NCBI GenBank assembly: GCA_964202905.1
Contig: CAXNJO010000002.1
Coordinates: forward strand, 1-64,000
DNA from: Polyangiales bacterium
GTDB lineage: Bacteria > Myxococcota_A > Polyangia > Polyangiales > JADJQN01
Length of the DNA: 64,000 nucleotides
Reading direction: 5' to 3'
Of the stretch, positions 41,628-50,364 are shown in pieces. The notes under the pieces were generated by a model. The model did no database searches. It was not told where the DNA came from and saw only the letters and a list, made by a program, of their open reading frames with translations. Position numbers and translations under genes: made by a program. Numbering within the stretch: position 1 is the first letter of the stretch; every line of letters starts with the position of its first letter.

Positions 41628-44344
41628 GCCGCACGCGCGCAGCGGGCGCGCCGCTTGCGCGCGCTCGCGGGCGCCGCGCTCGCAGGCCTGCTCCTCGGCG
41701 CGAGCTGCGGCGGCCCGCCGACGACGCACCTGCGCCTCGGCGCGCTCGTCGCGGCGCGCCGACGAGGCCGAGCCCGCGGCGCGCGTCGGCGGCGTCGCCG
41801 CGCAAGAGGGCGACTGGATCCTCGAAGGTCCCACGCTGCGCGTCGTCGTCGGCGGGCTCGCGCCTCGAAGGCGAGCTGCGCGGCGCTCTCCTCGAGGCTT
41901 CGGCCGCGGGCGCGACCGACGAGGAGAGCCTCGTCCTGCTCTCGCCGCGCCTCCACGTCGGCAAGCGGCGCCATGTCGTGCGGGCGACGCGCATGGTCGC
42001 GCTCGAGCGCGCGGGGCGCCCCGTGCTCCGCATCGACGGCGAGGCGCGCGTGGCCGGCGACCTCGTCGATGTCGCGCGCGAGCTGACCATCGGGCGCTCG
42101 GGGCGCGATGTCTCGATGACGACGCGCATCGCGCCGCGCGACGCCGGCGTGCTCCGGGCGCGGGCCGGGGCGCGCGTCGGCTGGGGAGGCGCGACGCCGT
42201 GGCTCCCAGGCGCGGGCCACGTCGACGACGCGCTCTGGCACGACGGCCCCTTCATCGCGGGCGAGGGGCGCAGCGCGGGCACGGTGTTCGGTGTACACGA
42301 CGGCCCCGTGCGCATGCTCGCCGAGTACGAGACGCACGGCCAGACGCGCTTCCTGCTGCACACCGAGGTCATCGGCCCCGAGCGCGCCGCGACCACGCGC
42401 GCCCCCGCCTACGAACGCACGACGCTCGCGATCGCCCCACGCGGCATAGCGGAGGCGGCGCGTCGCTTCGGCTGGGCCCGCGGCGCGCCCTTCCCCGAGG
42501 TGCGCGTGATTCTGCCCTACGCGCCCGCGGGCGCCGAGCTGCGCGTCGCGACGGCCGACACGCGCCTCCCCGTCATGCGCGCACGCCCCGACGCGCTCGG
42601 CACCGCCATGGTGCCCCTGCCGCCGCTCGACGCGCATCCCGACACGGCCCTCGTCGCGACCGCGACGGCGCCCGGCCACGCGACGAGCGAGCCCGTCGCC
42701 TTCGCCGCGCGCGGCGTGCGTGGACCCCTCGTGCTCGAGATCCCGCGCGGTGGACGCATCCGCATCGCAGCGCGCGACGCCGCGACGGGCCTGCGCATCC
42801 CGGCGCGTGCGCGCATCGTCGGCGAGCGCGGCACGCCCTCGCCCTCCCTCGGCCCCGACTGGTCCGCGAGCGGCGCGGGCGACGCCGTGATCCTCACGCT
42901 CGGCGAGGCCATCGTCCCCGTCCCGAGCGGCCAGTACCGCGTCGTGGTCACGCACGGCCCCGAGTGGACGATGCACGAGGAATCCGTCGCGGTGAGCGAG
43001 ACGTTCCGCCCGGACGTCCAGGCCGCGCTGCGCCACGCGGTCGAGCCCGGCGAGTGGGTGCCGTGCGAGCTGCACCTGCACGCCTCGCCGAGCCCCGACA
43101 GCGAAGTCCCCCTCGACGATCGCGTCGCCTCGCTCATCGCCGAGGGCATCCGCTTCGCCGTGCCGACGGACCACAACATCGTGACGAGCTACGCCCCCTC
43201 GATCGCGCGGCTCGCCCTCGCCCCCGGGACGCTCGGCACCACGAGCGGCCTCGAGGCGACGACGGATCTCCCCGGATACGGGCACTTCAACGCGTTCCCC
43301 GTGCCGCTCGTCGAGGGCGCGCCGGGCAACGGCGCGGCGCCCTTCGAAGCCACGACGCCCACCTCGCTCTTCGCCTCGCTGCGCGCGCTCGGCCCCGATG
43401 TGCTGGTGCAGGTGAACCACCCGCGCCTCGAGGGGGGCATCGGCTACTTCGAGCGGATGGGGTACGCGGGCGCGACGGGCGCCGCGCTCGGCCCCTACAG
43501 CGACGACTTCGATCTGCTCGAGGTGTGGAACGGCTACGACCTCGCGCGCCCCGACGCGATGCTCGCCGTGTTCGGCGAGTGGCTCGCGATGCTCGGGCGC
43601 GGGCGCCGCGTGACGGCGACCGGCAACAGCGACTCGCACAAGGTCCGCTACGTGTGGGCGGGCTACCCGCGCACGTACGTCCGCACGCCGGGCGGCAGCA
43701 GCGAGCCCGCGGCGGTGCTCGCGGGCCTGCGCGCGGGGCGCGCCTTCGTGACGAGCGGTCCGTTTCTCGAGGCGACCATCGACGAAGCCGGACCGGGAGA
43801 CACCGCCATCGTGCGCGATGGCATCGCGCGCGTGCGCGTCGTCGTGCGCGCACCTGCGTGGATGGAGGTGACGCGGCTCGAGGTCTGGCACGAGGGCGCG
43901 GTGGTGCGGAGCGAGTCGGTTCCGTCGACGCTGCCCGCAGCAACGGAACCCGACGCGACGCCGACGCGTGCGCGGCGCGACGCCCGCCGGGAGCCCGAAA
44001 GCCCGGTGATTCCCGCCGATCTGCGCTTCGAGACGACGCTCGACGTGCCCATCATGCAAGATGGCTATGTGGTCGTGCTCGTGCGCGGCGAGCGCCCGAT
44101 GGACGTCGCGTTCGGACGCGCGGGCATCCCTCCCCTCGCCTTCACGAATCCCATCTGGCTCGACGTCGGCGGCGACGGCATCGCGTCCGATCCGGGCGAT
44201 CCAGCACCGTCACCGGGCACCTTCGAGGCGGTCGACGCGCAGGGCTCGCGCGACGCGGGCGCAGACACCGACGGCGGCGCAGACACCGACGGCGGCGCAG
44301 ACACCGACGGCGGCGCCGCAGCGACTCCCAGCTCCCCACGTTGA
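41624..44344 (+). CDS. CehA/McbA-like PHP-domain metallohydrolase lipoprotein (about three frameshifts 41640-41865)
   Basis: ELHLHA, TDHN, GHFN, VNHPR, LEVWNG, GNSDSH, AFTNPIW; N-terminus with LLLGASC spread over three frames. Confidence 0.8.
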   Translation: MSRTRAAGAPLARARGRRARRPAPRRELRRPADDAPAPRRARRGAPTRPSPRRASAASPRKRATGSSKVPRCASSSAGSRLEGELRGALLEASAAGATDEESLVLLSPRLHVGKRRHVVRATRMVALERAGRPVLRIDGEARVAGDLVDVARELTIGRSGRDVSMTTRIAPRDAGVLRARAGARVGWGGATPWLPGAGHVDDALWHDGPFIAGEGRSAGTVFGVHDGPVRMLAEYETHGQTRFLLHTEVIGPERAATTRAPAYERTTLAIAPRGIAEAARRFGWARGAPFPEVRVILPYAPAGAELRVATADTRLPVMRARPDALGTAMVPLPPLDAHPDTALVATATAPGHATSEPVAFAARGVRGPLVLEIPRGGRIRIAARDAATGLRIPARARIVGERGTPSPSLGPDWSASGAGDAVILTLGEAIVPVPSGQYRVVVTHGPEWTMHEESVAVSETFRPDVQAALRHAVEPGEWVPCELHLHASPSPDSEVPLDDRVASLIAEGIRFAVPTDHNIVTSYAPSIARLALAPGTLGTTSGLEATTDLPGYGHFNAFPVPLVEGAPGNGAAPFEATTPTSLFASLRALGPDVLVQVNHPRLEGGIGYFERMGYAGATGAALGPYSDDFDLLEVWNGYDLARPDAMLAVFGEWLAMLGRGRRVTATGNSDSHKVRYVWAGYPRTYVRTPGGSSEPAAVLAGLRAGRAFVTSGPFLEATIDEAGPGDTAIVRDGIARVRVVVRAPAWMEVTRLEVWHEGAVVRSESVPSTLPAATEPDATPTRARRDARREPESPVIPADLRFETTLDVPIMQDGYVVVLVRGERPMDVAFGRAGIPPLAFTNPIWLDVGGDGIASDPGDPAPSPGTFEAVDAQGSRDAGADTDGGADTDGGADTDGGAAATPSSPR
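44261..44314 (+). repeat. 18-bp tandem repeat x3 (ADTDGG)
   Basis: gcagacaccgacggcggc three times. Confidence 0.85.
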
Positions 44345-44527
44345 CGGCAGCGCGCACGCGATCACGGCAGCGCGCACGATCACATCCGCGAGGCGCCGAC
44401 CTCGCCGCGCAGCGCCGATGCGACGCCCAAGGCCAGCCGGCTGGCTGTCTGCGAAGGACGATCGGCCAAACGTGCGACGAACCGGCGACGCCAACGCGAC
44501 ACGCGACACGGCCGCGGCCCGACGCGC

Positions 44528-45958
44528 TCAGTCCCCCGGTCGCAGCCGCCCCGCCGCGAGTAGGCGGCGCTCGAGCCGCGCGAGGCGCTTCGCGCTCTCG
44601 GTGGGCGACTCCGCCGGGGCCGCCGCGCGGGCGTGCTCGAGCGCGCGCTCCGGGTCCTTCGCGCGGTGCTCGTAGAGCTTGGCGAGCGCGAGATGCAGCG
44701 CGGCGGTGCCGCCCGTGCCGCCCTGCGCGGCGTCGAGCGCGCGGCGCAGCGCGGCGGCCTCGGCGAGGTCGTCACCGCGCAGCCGCTCGAGCCGCGCGAG
44801 CAGCGACCACGCCTCCGAGACGAGCTCGCAGGAGGCGCCGCCCTCCGCCGCGGCGAGCGCAAAGTCGCGGGCGCGCTCCGGGTCGTCGGCGCGCAGCGCG
44901 ACGTGCGCGAGGCTCAGGTGATCGCGCGGGTCGTCCTCGGGGCGCAGCGCCGCGAAGCGCTCGTGCAGCGCGGCGAGGACGGCGGGGAGCGCGATGAGGT
45001 CGCTCGCGTTGTGCACGACGACCTGGGCGAGCGGCCCGACGTCACCGCCGCGCAGCCAGCCGAGGTACGCCGCGGGGATGTCCGCGCCGGCGATGTCGTC
45101 CTCGCGGTGAAAGCCGAGCACCTCGGCCTCGAGGTGCACGAGGCGCACGGCCTCGAGGCGGCGCTTGAACACGCGGCGCGCGCAGTGGAGCAGGTCGAGG
45201 TGCGGCGGCAGCGGGGGCACCGGCACGCGGTTCATCACGAAGCGCGTGCGCAGCAGCGGCCAGTCGAAGCTCTTGCCGTTGTAGCTGACGAGCATCGAGG
45301 CCCACGCGATGCGCGCAGCGAGCGCGTGCAGGATCGGCCCCTCGGCGCCGAGCCGCGGCAGCAGGAGCTGCTCGACGACGAGTGCGCCCTCCTCGAACCA
45401 CGCGAGCCCCACGAGGAAGGGCAGCGTGCCCGTGCCGCCCGAGAGGCCCGTCGTCTCGGTGTCGATGAAGAGCATGCCGGCGACGTCGCGCCCCTCGAGC
45501 GAGGTGTCGAGCGCGAGCTTCGCGAGGTTCTCCGCGCGCGCCGCGAGCGCCAGCGCGACGGGCGTGCGCCCATGCGCGTGCGCGGGCGCGCAGTGGTGCA
45601 CGACGACGTGCACCTCGCCGTGCGGCGTCGCGCGCGGCGCCCCCGGGAGCGCGCGCTCGGGCGCGGCGAGCGGCGTCGCAGGGCGCAGATCCGCGAGCAG
45701 TGACGCGGCCGTCTCGCGGGCAGCGCGCTCCCTCGCGCGCTCTTCGGCCTGCCGGGCCTGACGCGCCTCGAGCGTGGCGAGCACGCTGCGGAGCTGCGTC
45801 GCGCGCTCGCCTTGAGGCAGCGCACGGAGCGGCGAATCCGGATCGTTCAGGCTGATATCTGCCGCCTTCATGACTGGTGCGTCATGAGTCGGCGCGCGCA
45901 TCGCGCGCGATCCCGGGCCCGCACCCACGAGGCGATCGAGCTTCTTCTTGAGCGACAT
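44528..45958 (-). CDS. RNase H-like (DEDD) exonuclease with TPR-like tail, YprB/MrfB-like
   Basis: FIDTETTGL, SYNGKSFDWP, HLDLLH, HNASDL; LALAKLYEH tail. Confidence 0.85.
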   Translation of the reverse strand: MSLKKKLDRLVGAGPGSRAMRAPTHDAPVMKAADISLNDPDSPLRALPQGERATQLRSVLATLEARQARQAEERARERAARETAASLLADLRPATPLAAPERALPGAPRATPHGEVHVVVHHCAPAHAHGRTPVALALAARAENLAKLALDTSLEGRDVAGMLFIDTETTGLSGGTGTLPFLVGLAWFEEGALVVEQLLLPRLGAEGPILHALAARIAWASMLVSYNGKSFDWPLLRTRFVMNRVPVPPLPPHLDLLHCARRVFKRRLEAVRLVHLEAEVLGFHREDDIAGADIPAAYLGWLRGGDVGPLAQVVVHNASDLIALPAVLAALHERFAALRPEDDPRDHLSLAHVALRADDPERARDFALAAAEGGASCELVSEAWSLLARLERLRGDDLAEAAALRRALDAAQGGTGGTAALHLALAKLYEHRAKDPERALEHARAAAPAESPTESAKRLARLERRLLAAGRLRPGD

Positions 45959-45970
45959 GCGCGCCCCGCC

Positions 45971-48457
45971 TCACTGCTCCGGCAGCACGCCGGCGCTCGC
46001 GAGCACCGCGAGCGCGAGCGCCTTGCGCGGCGGCGCGCCGGGAGCGGCGCTCCCGATCGCGGGTGGCCGCGCGACGTCCGCAGCGCCGCGCGGGAGCGGC
46101 GCGAGCCCCGCCTCCGGACCAATGCACGCGGGGCAGCCATCCGCGCATGCGCAGGCGTCGATGAGCCGCCGCGCGCGCCGCAGGATCGACTCGCGCGACT
46201 CGAAGAGCCGCGGCGCGAGGCCAATCCCGCCCGCCGCGTGATCGTAGAGAAAGACCGTCGGATCGAAGACCGCGCCGGCGTCGGTGCGCCCGGGCGCGCC
46301 GCCCTCGTCGTCGCGGCTGCCGAGCGTCTGCCCGAGGTCGCGCGGGTCGATCATCAGGCCCGCGGACGCGACCGTGTGCAGCGCGTTGCCGATCCCGCGG
46401 ATCGCGTCGACGACGAGCGCGCGCGGGTGCTCCTGCGCGCGCACGAGCTCCTCGGGGAAGGTCAGCCAGAACGACGTCGTGTGCATCTGCATCTCGGGCA
46501 GGCGCACATCGCCGTAGCCGACGTTCTCGTGGGTGTGGAACTTGATCTTCTTGTAGCCGACGACCTTCTCGACGACGTTCACGTCGCCGAGCCCCGCGGC
46601 GAGCCCCGCGCTGCCCTCGCCGGCGAGCTGCACGAACGCGGCGTCCGCCTCCTCGAGCACGGTGACGCTCGTGTACGTCATCGCGTCGGTGTAGTAGTCG
46701 GGCTTGACCTTGCGGACGAAGGCCTTGTGGTTCTCGAAGTCGAGGCGCTCGACCTGGTACTGCTCGGCGTCGTGCTGGTAGATGGCCTGCTCGTGCAGCA
46801 TCGTGTGCGTGCTGCGCCAGTCCATCTCGGCGATGTTCTTGTCCGTCGCGAGATCGATGATGACGAAGTTGTCCCAGCTGAGGCTGCGCAGCGAGACGTG
46901 GTTCGCGGGGTAGGCGTCCGCGGCCCAGTGCCAGGTGGTGCGCCCGTTCGCCGCCGTGACCGCGTGCACGACCTCGTGCTTCGCGAGGAAGTCCATCGCC
47001 TCGCCCACGCTCTCCGCGGGCACGACGCCAAACGTCTCGCCCGCCTCGAAGGGCAGCTCGAAGGCCGCGCACTTCAGGTGCTGCAGGAGAATCTCGACGT
47101 TGTCCGGGTCGATGCGCGCCTCCTCGACGGGCGCGCGCACGAGCGCGTGGGCGTCCTTCGCGACGTACTGATCGAGCGGCGCGCTCGAGGTGACGAGCAG
47201 CGCGAGCGAGCCCTCCTTGCGGCGCCCCGCGCGCCCGAAGCGCTGCCACAGCGAGGCGTGCGTGCCCGGATAGCCGGCGCAGACGACGGCGTCGAGCATG
47301 CCGATGTCGATGCCGAGCTCGAGCGCGTTGGTCGCGACGACGCAGCGGATGGCGCCTGAGCGGAGCTGCTCTTCGATGCGCCGCCGCTGATCGGGGAGGT
47401 AGCCGCCGCGGTACGCGTGGATGGTCGACGGGTCGACCTTGTCGCGCGCGAGCACCTCGCGGAGATACTTGAGCATCACCTCGACGTTGTTGCGCGATTG
47501 CCCGAACACGATCGTCGGCACCTGCGCGCGCACGAGGTCCGCGGCGAGGCGCACGGCGCTCTTGACGTAGCTCGCGCGCAGGCCGAGCTCGGGGTTGAGG
47601 ACAGGCGGGTTGTAGACCATCACACGGCGTGGTCCTTCGGGCGCGCCGCTGTCGGCGACGAGCTCGACGGGGCGACCGACGATGCGCGACGCGTGCTCGC
47701 GCGGGTTTCCGATGGTCGCCGACGCGAGCAGGAAGACGGGCGACGAGCCGTGGAAGCGCGCGACGCGCTCGAGGCGCCGGACGACGTTCGCGAGGTGCGA
47801 GCCGAAGACGCCCCGGTACGTGTGCAGCTCGTCGATGACGACGTAGCGCAAATTCGCGAAGAGCCGCGACCAGGCCGCGTGATGCGGGAGGATGCCCGCG
47901 TGGAGCATGTCGGGGTTCGTGAGAATCACGCCGCTGCGCTCGCGGGCGGCGCGGCGCGCATCGCCGGGCGTGTCGCCATCGTAGGTGATGGCACCGTGAT
48001 CGAGCTGCGCGTCGCGGAGGAGCGCACGCAGCGCCTGCTCCTGGTCGCGCGCGAGCGCCTTCGTGGGGAAGAGATAGAGCGCCCGCGCGCCCGGTTCCTG
48101 CGCGAGCCGCTCGAGAACCGGGAGGTTGAAGCACAGCGACTTGCCGCTCGCCGTGGGCGTCGCGATGACGAGGTCGCGCCCCGCGCGGGCGTGCGCGAGC
48201 GACTCGGCCTGGTGCGCGTAGAGGCGCTCGATGCCGCGCGCCCGCAGCGCGCCGACGACGGGCTCGGGGAGCGTGGGCGGCAACGCCGCGAAGCGCCCCT
48301 CGCGCGGGCGGAGGGGCTCGTCGAGCGCGAAGCAGCGCGCGAGGCCGGCGTCCGCGTGCCAGCCGGCGAGCACGGCGTCGAGGCCGGTCGCGGACGTCCA
48401 GGGGGCGGCGGGCCGCGCGAGCGGGGCGTCGTCCGGGTCCTCGTCGGGGCGTCGCAT
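45971..48457 (-). CDS. DEAH helicase with DUF1998 Zn domain, YprA/MrfA/Hrq1-like
   Basis: TPTASGKS, IDELHTYRGVFG, SATIGNP, YRGGY, TNALELGIDIG, QRFGRAGRR, CACADGCPAC. Confidence 0.92.
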   Translation of the reverse strand: MRRPDEDPDDAPLARPAAPWTSATGLDAVLAGWHADAGLARCFALDEPLRPREGRFAALPPTLPEPVVGALRARGIERLYAHQAESLAHARAGRDLVIATPTASGKSLCFNLPVLERLAQEPGARALYLFPTKALARDQEQALRALLRDAQLDHGAITYDGDTPGDARRAARERSGVILTNPDMLHAGILPHHAAWSRLFANLRYVVIDELHTYRGVFGSHLANVVRRLERVARFHGSSPVFLLASATIGNPREHASRIVGRPVELVADSGAPEGPRRVMVYNPPVLNPELGLRASYVKSAVRLAADLVRAQVPTIVFGQSRNNVEVMLKYLREVLARDKVDPSTIHAYRGGYLPDQRRRIEEQLRSGAIRCVVATNALELGIDIGMLDAVVCAGYPGTHASLWQRFGRAGRRKEGSLALLVTSSAPLDQYVAKDAHALVRAPVEEARIDPDNVEILLQHLKCAAFELPFEAGETFGVVPAESVGEAMDFLAKHEVVHAVTAANGRTTWHWAADAYPANHVSLRSLSWDNFVIIDLATDKNIAEMDWRSTHTMLHEQAIYQHDAEQYQVERLDFENHKAFVRKVKPDYYTDAMTYTSVTVLEEADAAFVQLAGEGSAGLAAGLGDVNVVEKVVGYKKIKFHTHENVGYGDVRLPEMQMHTTSFWLTFPEELVRAQEHPRALVVDAIRGIGNALHTVASAGLMIDPRDLGQTLGSRDDEGGAPGRTDAGAVFDPTVFLYDHAAGGIGLAPRLFESRESILRRARRLIDACACADGCPACIGPEAGLAPLPRGAADVARPPAIGSAAPGAPPRKALALAVLASAGVLPEQ

Positions 48458-48614
48458 GGGCGAGCGCCACTGTACGGATGTGCAAGCGCGCGAGCAACCA
48501 CTGCGTGACGGTGGTGGTCAACGCGCGCGCGCTGCGGTATCCACGGCGCGCGCAGTCACCACGAACACGCCCGCCGCGCCCCGCCCACGGGTCGCCCACT
48601 TCGAGAGGCACTTC

Positions 48615-49796
48615 ATGAAGCACTTCCGTTACGACCACGCCGCCGCGGCCCTCTGCGGCCTGCTCGCGCTCCTCGGCACCGCCACGGTGGCGCGTGCCCA
48701 GACCGTGCTTGCGCCGGGCGACGTCGCCGTCGTCGGGTTCAACATGGACGACGCGCCGGCCGCGGCCGACTCGGTCACGCTGGTCACCTTCGTCGACCTC
48801 GCCGCCGGGACGTCGATCTGGCTCACCGACGCGGGCTACAGCGTCGCCGGCACCTTCCGCACGACGGAGGGCGCCGTCGAGTTCGTCGCGGCCGCCGCGC
48901 TCCCGGCGGGCTCGGTGTTCACGGTGACGATGGACGGAACGGGCGGCACGCCGACCCTCGCGACGAGCGGCGACCAGCTCTTCGTCTTCCAGGGCACGCT
49001 CTCGCTCGGCACGGGCGGAACGGGCGCGCTGATGGGAACGCTCCTCTTCGGCCTCAACGACGACGGCGTCGGCGCCTGGCAGGCCGACTGCACGAGCGCC
49101 AACAACTCCGCGCTGCCGCCCGCTCTCGTCGGGTTCGAGGTCGCCCTCCCCGAGCTCGACAACTACGCGTTCGTCGGCCCCACGAGCGGCACGCGCGAGG
49201 CGCTCCTCGCCGCGGTCCGCGACCCGGCCAACTGGATGGGCACCGACGTGCTCCCCGCGCCCGTGCCGCCCACGATGTTCACCGTCCTCGGCGCATCGAT
49301 GGACGCCGGCGTGCCGCCCGACCTCGGCGCCCCCGACCTCGGCCCGCCCGACCTCGGCCCGCCCGACCTCGGCCCGCCCGACCTCGGCCCGCCCGACCTC
49401 GGCCCGCCCGACCTCGGCCCGCCCGACCTCGGCCCGCCCGACCTCGGCCCGCCCGACCTCGGCCCGCCCGATCTCGGCCCCGACGACCTGGGCCCGCCCG
49501 ACCTCGGCGGCACGGAGACGGACGCCGGCGAGCCGCCCGCCGACCTCGGCGCATGCCGATCGGACCGCGGCCGACCTCGGCACCGCGCCCGCCGACCTCG
49601 GCACCGCGCCCGCCGACCTCGGCACGCCGCCCGCGGACCTCGGCGCCCCCGACGCGGCCGCGCCCGAGCCGCGCCGCGCCGACACCGCGCTCTGCGCGGT
49701 CAGCGTGCGGGCGCCGCGCGCGGCCTCGACGCGCGCCTCGCGCTGGTCGCGCTCACCGCGCTGCTGCTCCCGCTCGCCCGTCGCCGCCGTCGCTGA
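48615..49796 (+). CDS. Secreted surface protein with PPDLG stalk and MYXO-CTERM-type tail (two compensating frameshifts ~49555 and ~49710)
   Basis: Signal peptide ARA-Q; LAPGDVAVVGFN...SGDQLFVFQG domain; alternative frame ADLGTAP repeats...LCAVS; hydrophobic helix and RRRRR. Confidence 0.8.
   Translation: MKHFRYDHAAAALCGLLALLGTATVARAQTVLAPGDVAVVGFNMDDAPAAADSVTLVTFVDLAAGTSIWLTDAGYSVAGTFRTTEGAVEFVAAAALPAGSVFTVTMDGTGGTPTLATSGDQLFVFQGTLSLGTGGTGALMGTLLFGLNDDGVGAWQADCTSANNSALPPALVGFEVALPELDNYAFVGPTSGTREALLAAVRDPANWMGTDVLPAPVPPTMFTVLGASMDAGVPPDLGAPDLGPPDLGPPDLGPPDLGPPDLGPPDLGPPDLGPPDLGPPDLGPPDLGPDDLGPPDLGGTETDAGEPPADLGACRSDRGRPRHRARRPRHRARRPRHAARGPRRPRRGRARAAPRRHRALRGQRAGAARGLDARLALVALTALLLPLARRRRR
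49314..49508 (+). repeat. 15-bp coding tandem repeat x13 (PPDLG)
   Basis: ccgcccgacctcggc units, followed by 21-bp gccgacctcggcaccgcgccc units at ~49570-49640. Confidence 0.95.
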
Positions 49797-49896
49797 CGGC
49801 ACGACGCCGCCGCGCCCGCCCCGCGCCCCGATGCCCGCGCTCCCGACGGCGCACGGTGCTGGCGCCGGCGGGCGCGCGCGCTAGGTTCGCGCCCCC

Positions 49897-50262
49897 GTGA
49901 TCACCGAGATCAGCAAGACCTTCCGCTTCGAGTCGGCCCACCGTCTGCCGCACGTGCCGCCCGGGCACAAGTGCGGCCGCGTCCACGGCCACAGCTACGC
50001 GGTCACGGTGCGCGTGCGCGGCGAGGTCGATCCGCACACGGGCTGGATCGTCGACTTCGCCGCCCTCGCCGAGGCCTGGCAGCCGCTGCACGCGCTGCTC
50101 GACCACCGCCTCCTCAACGACGTCCCCGGCCTCGAGAATCCGACCAGCGAGCACCTCGCCCGCTTCGTCGCCGAGCGGCTCGCCGTGCCCGCGCCGGCGG
50201 TGCTGCACAGCGTCACCGTGGCCGAGACGTGCACGAGCGAGTGCACGGTGTGGCCCGACTGA
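49897..50262 (+). CDS. queD: 6-carboxytetrahydropterin synthase
   Basis: FESAHRLP, KCGRVHGHSY, LDHRLLN, NPTSE. Confidence 0.93.
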   Translation: MITEISKTFRFESAHRLPHVPPGHKCGRVHGHSYAVTVRVRGEVDPHTGWIVDFAALAEAWQPLHALLDHRLLNDVPGLENPTSEHLARFVAERLAVPAPAVLHSVTVAETCTSECTVWPD

Positions 50263-50364
50263 ACGGCGATTCATCGCCGCGCACGCACGCGCGCTGCGCG
50301 ACGCCGGACATGGAAGCGAGCCCCGTGCGGACGCCCATCCCGCAGGCCCTGGCGGAGAGCGCGG

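Noticed and set aside
44528..48457. DUF1998 helicase as DISARM or Druantia defence
   Set aside because: No partner drm/dru genes; the pairing fits MrfAB repair
49314..49640. 15-bp and 21-bp repeats as CRISPR or a non-coding array
   Set aside because: In-frame coding repeats without spacers
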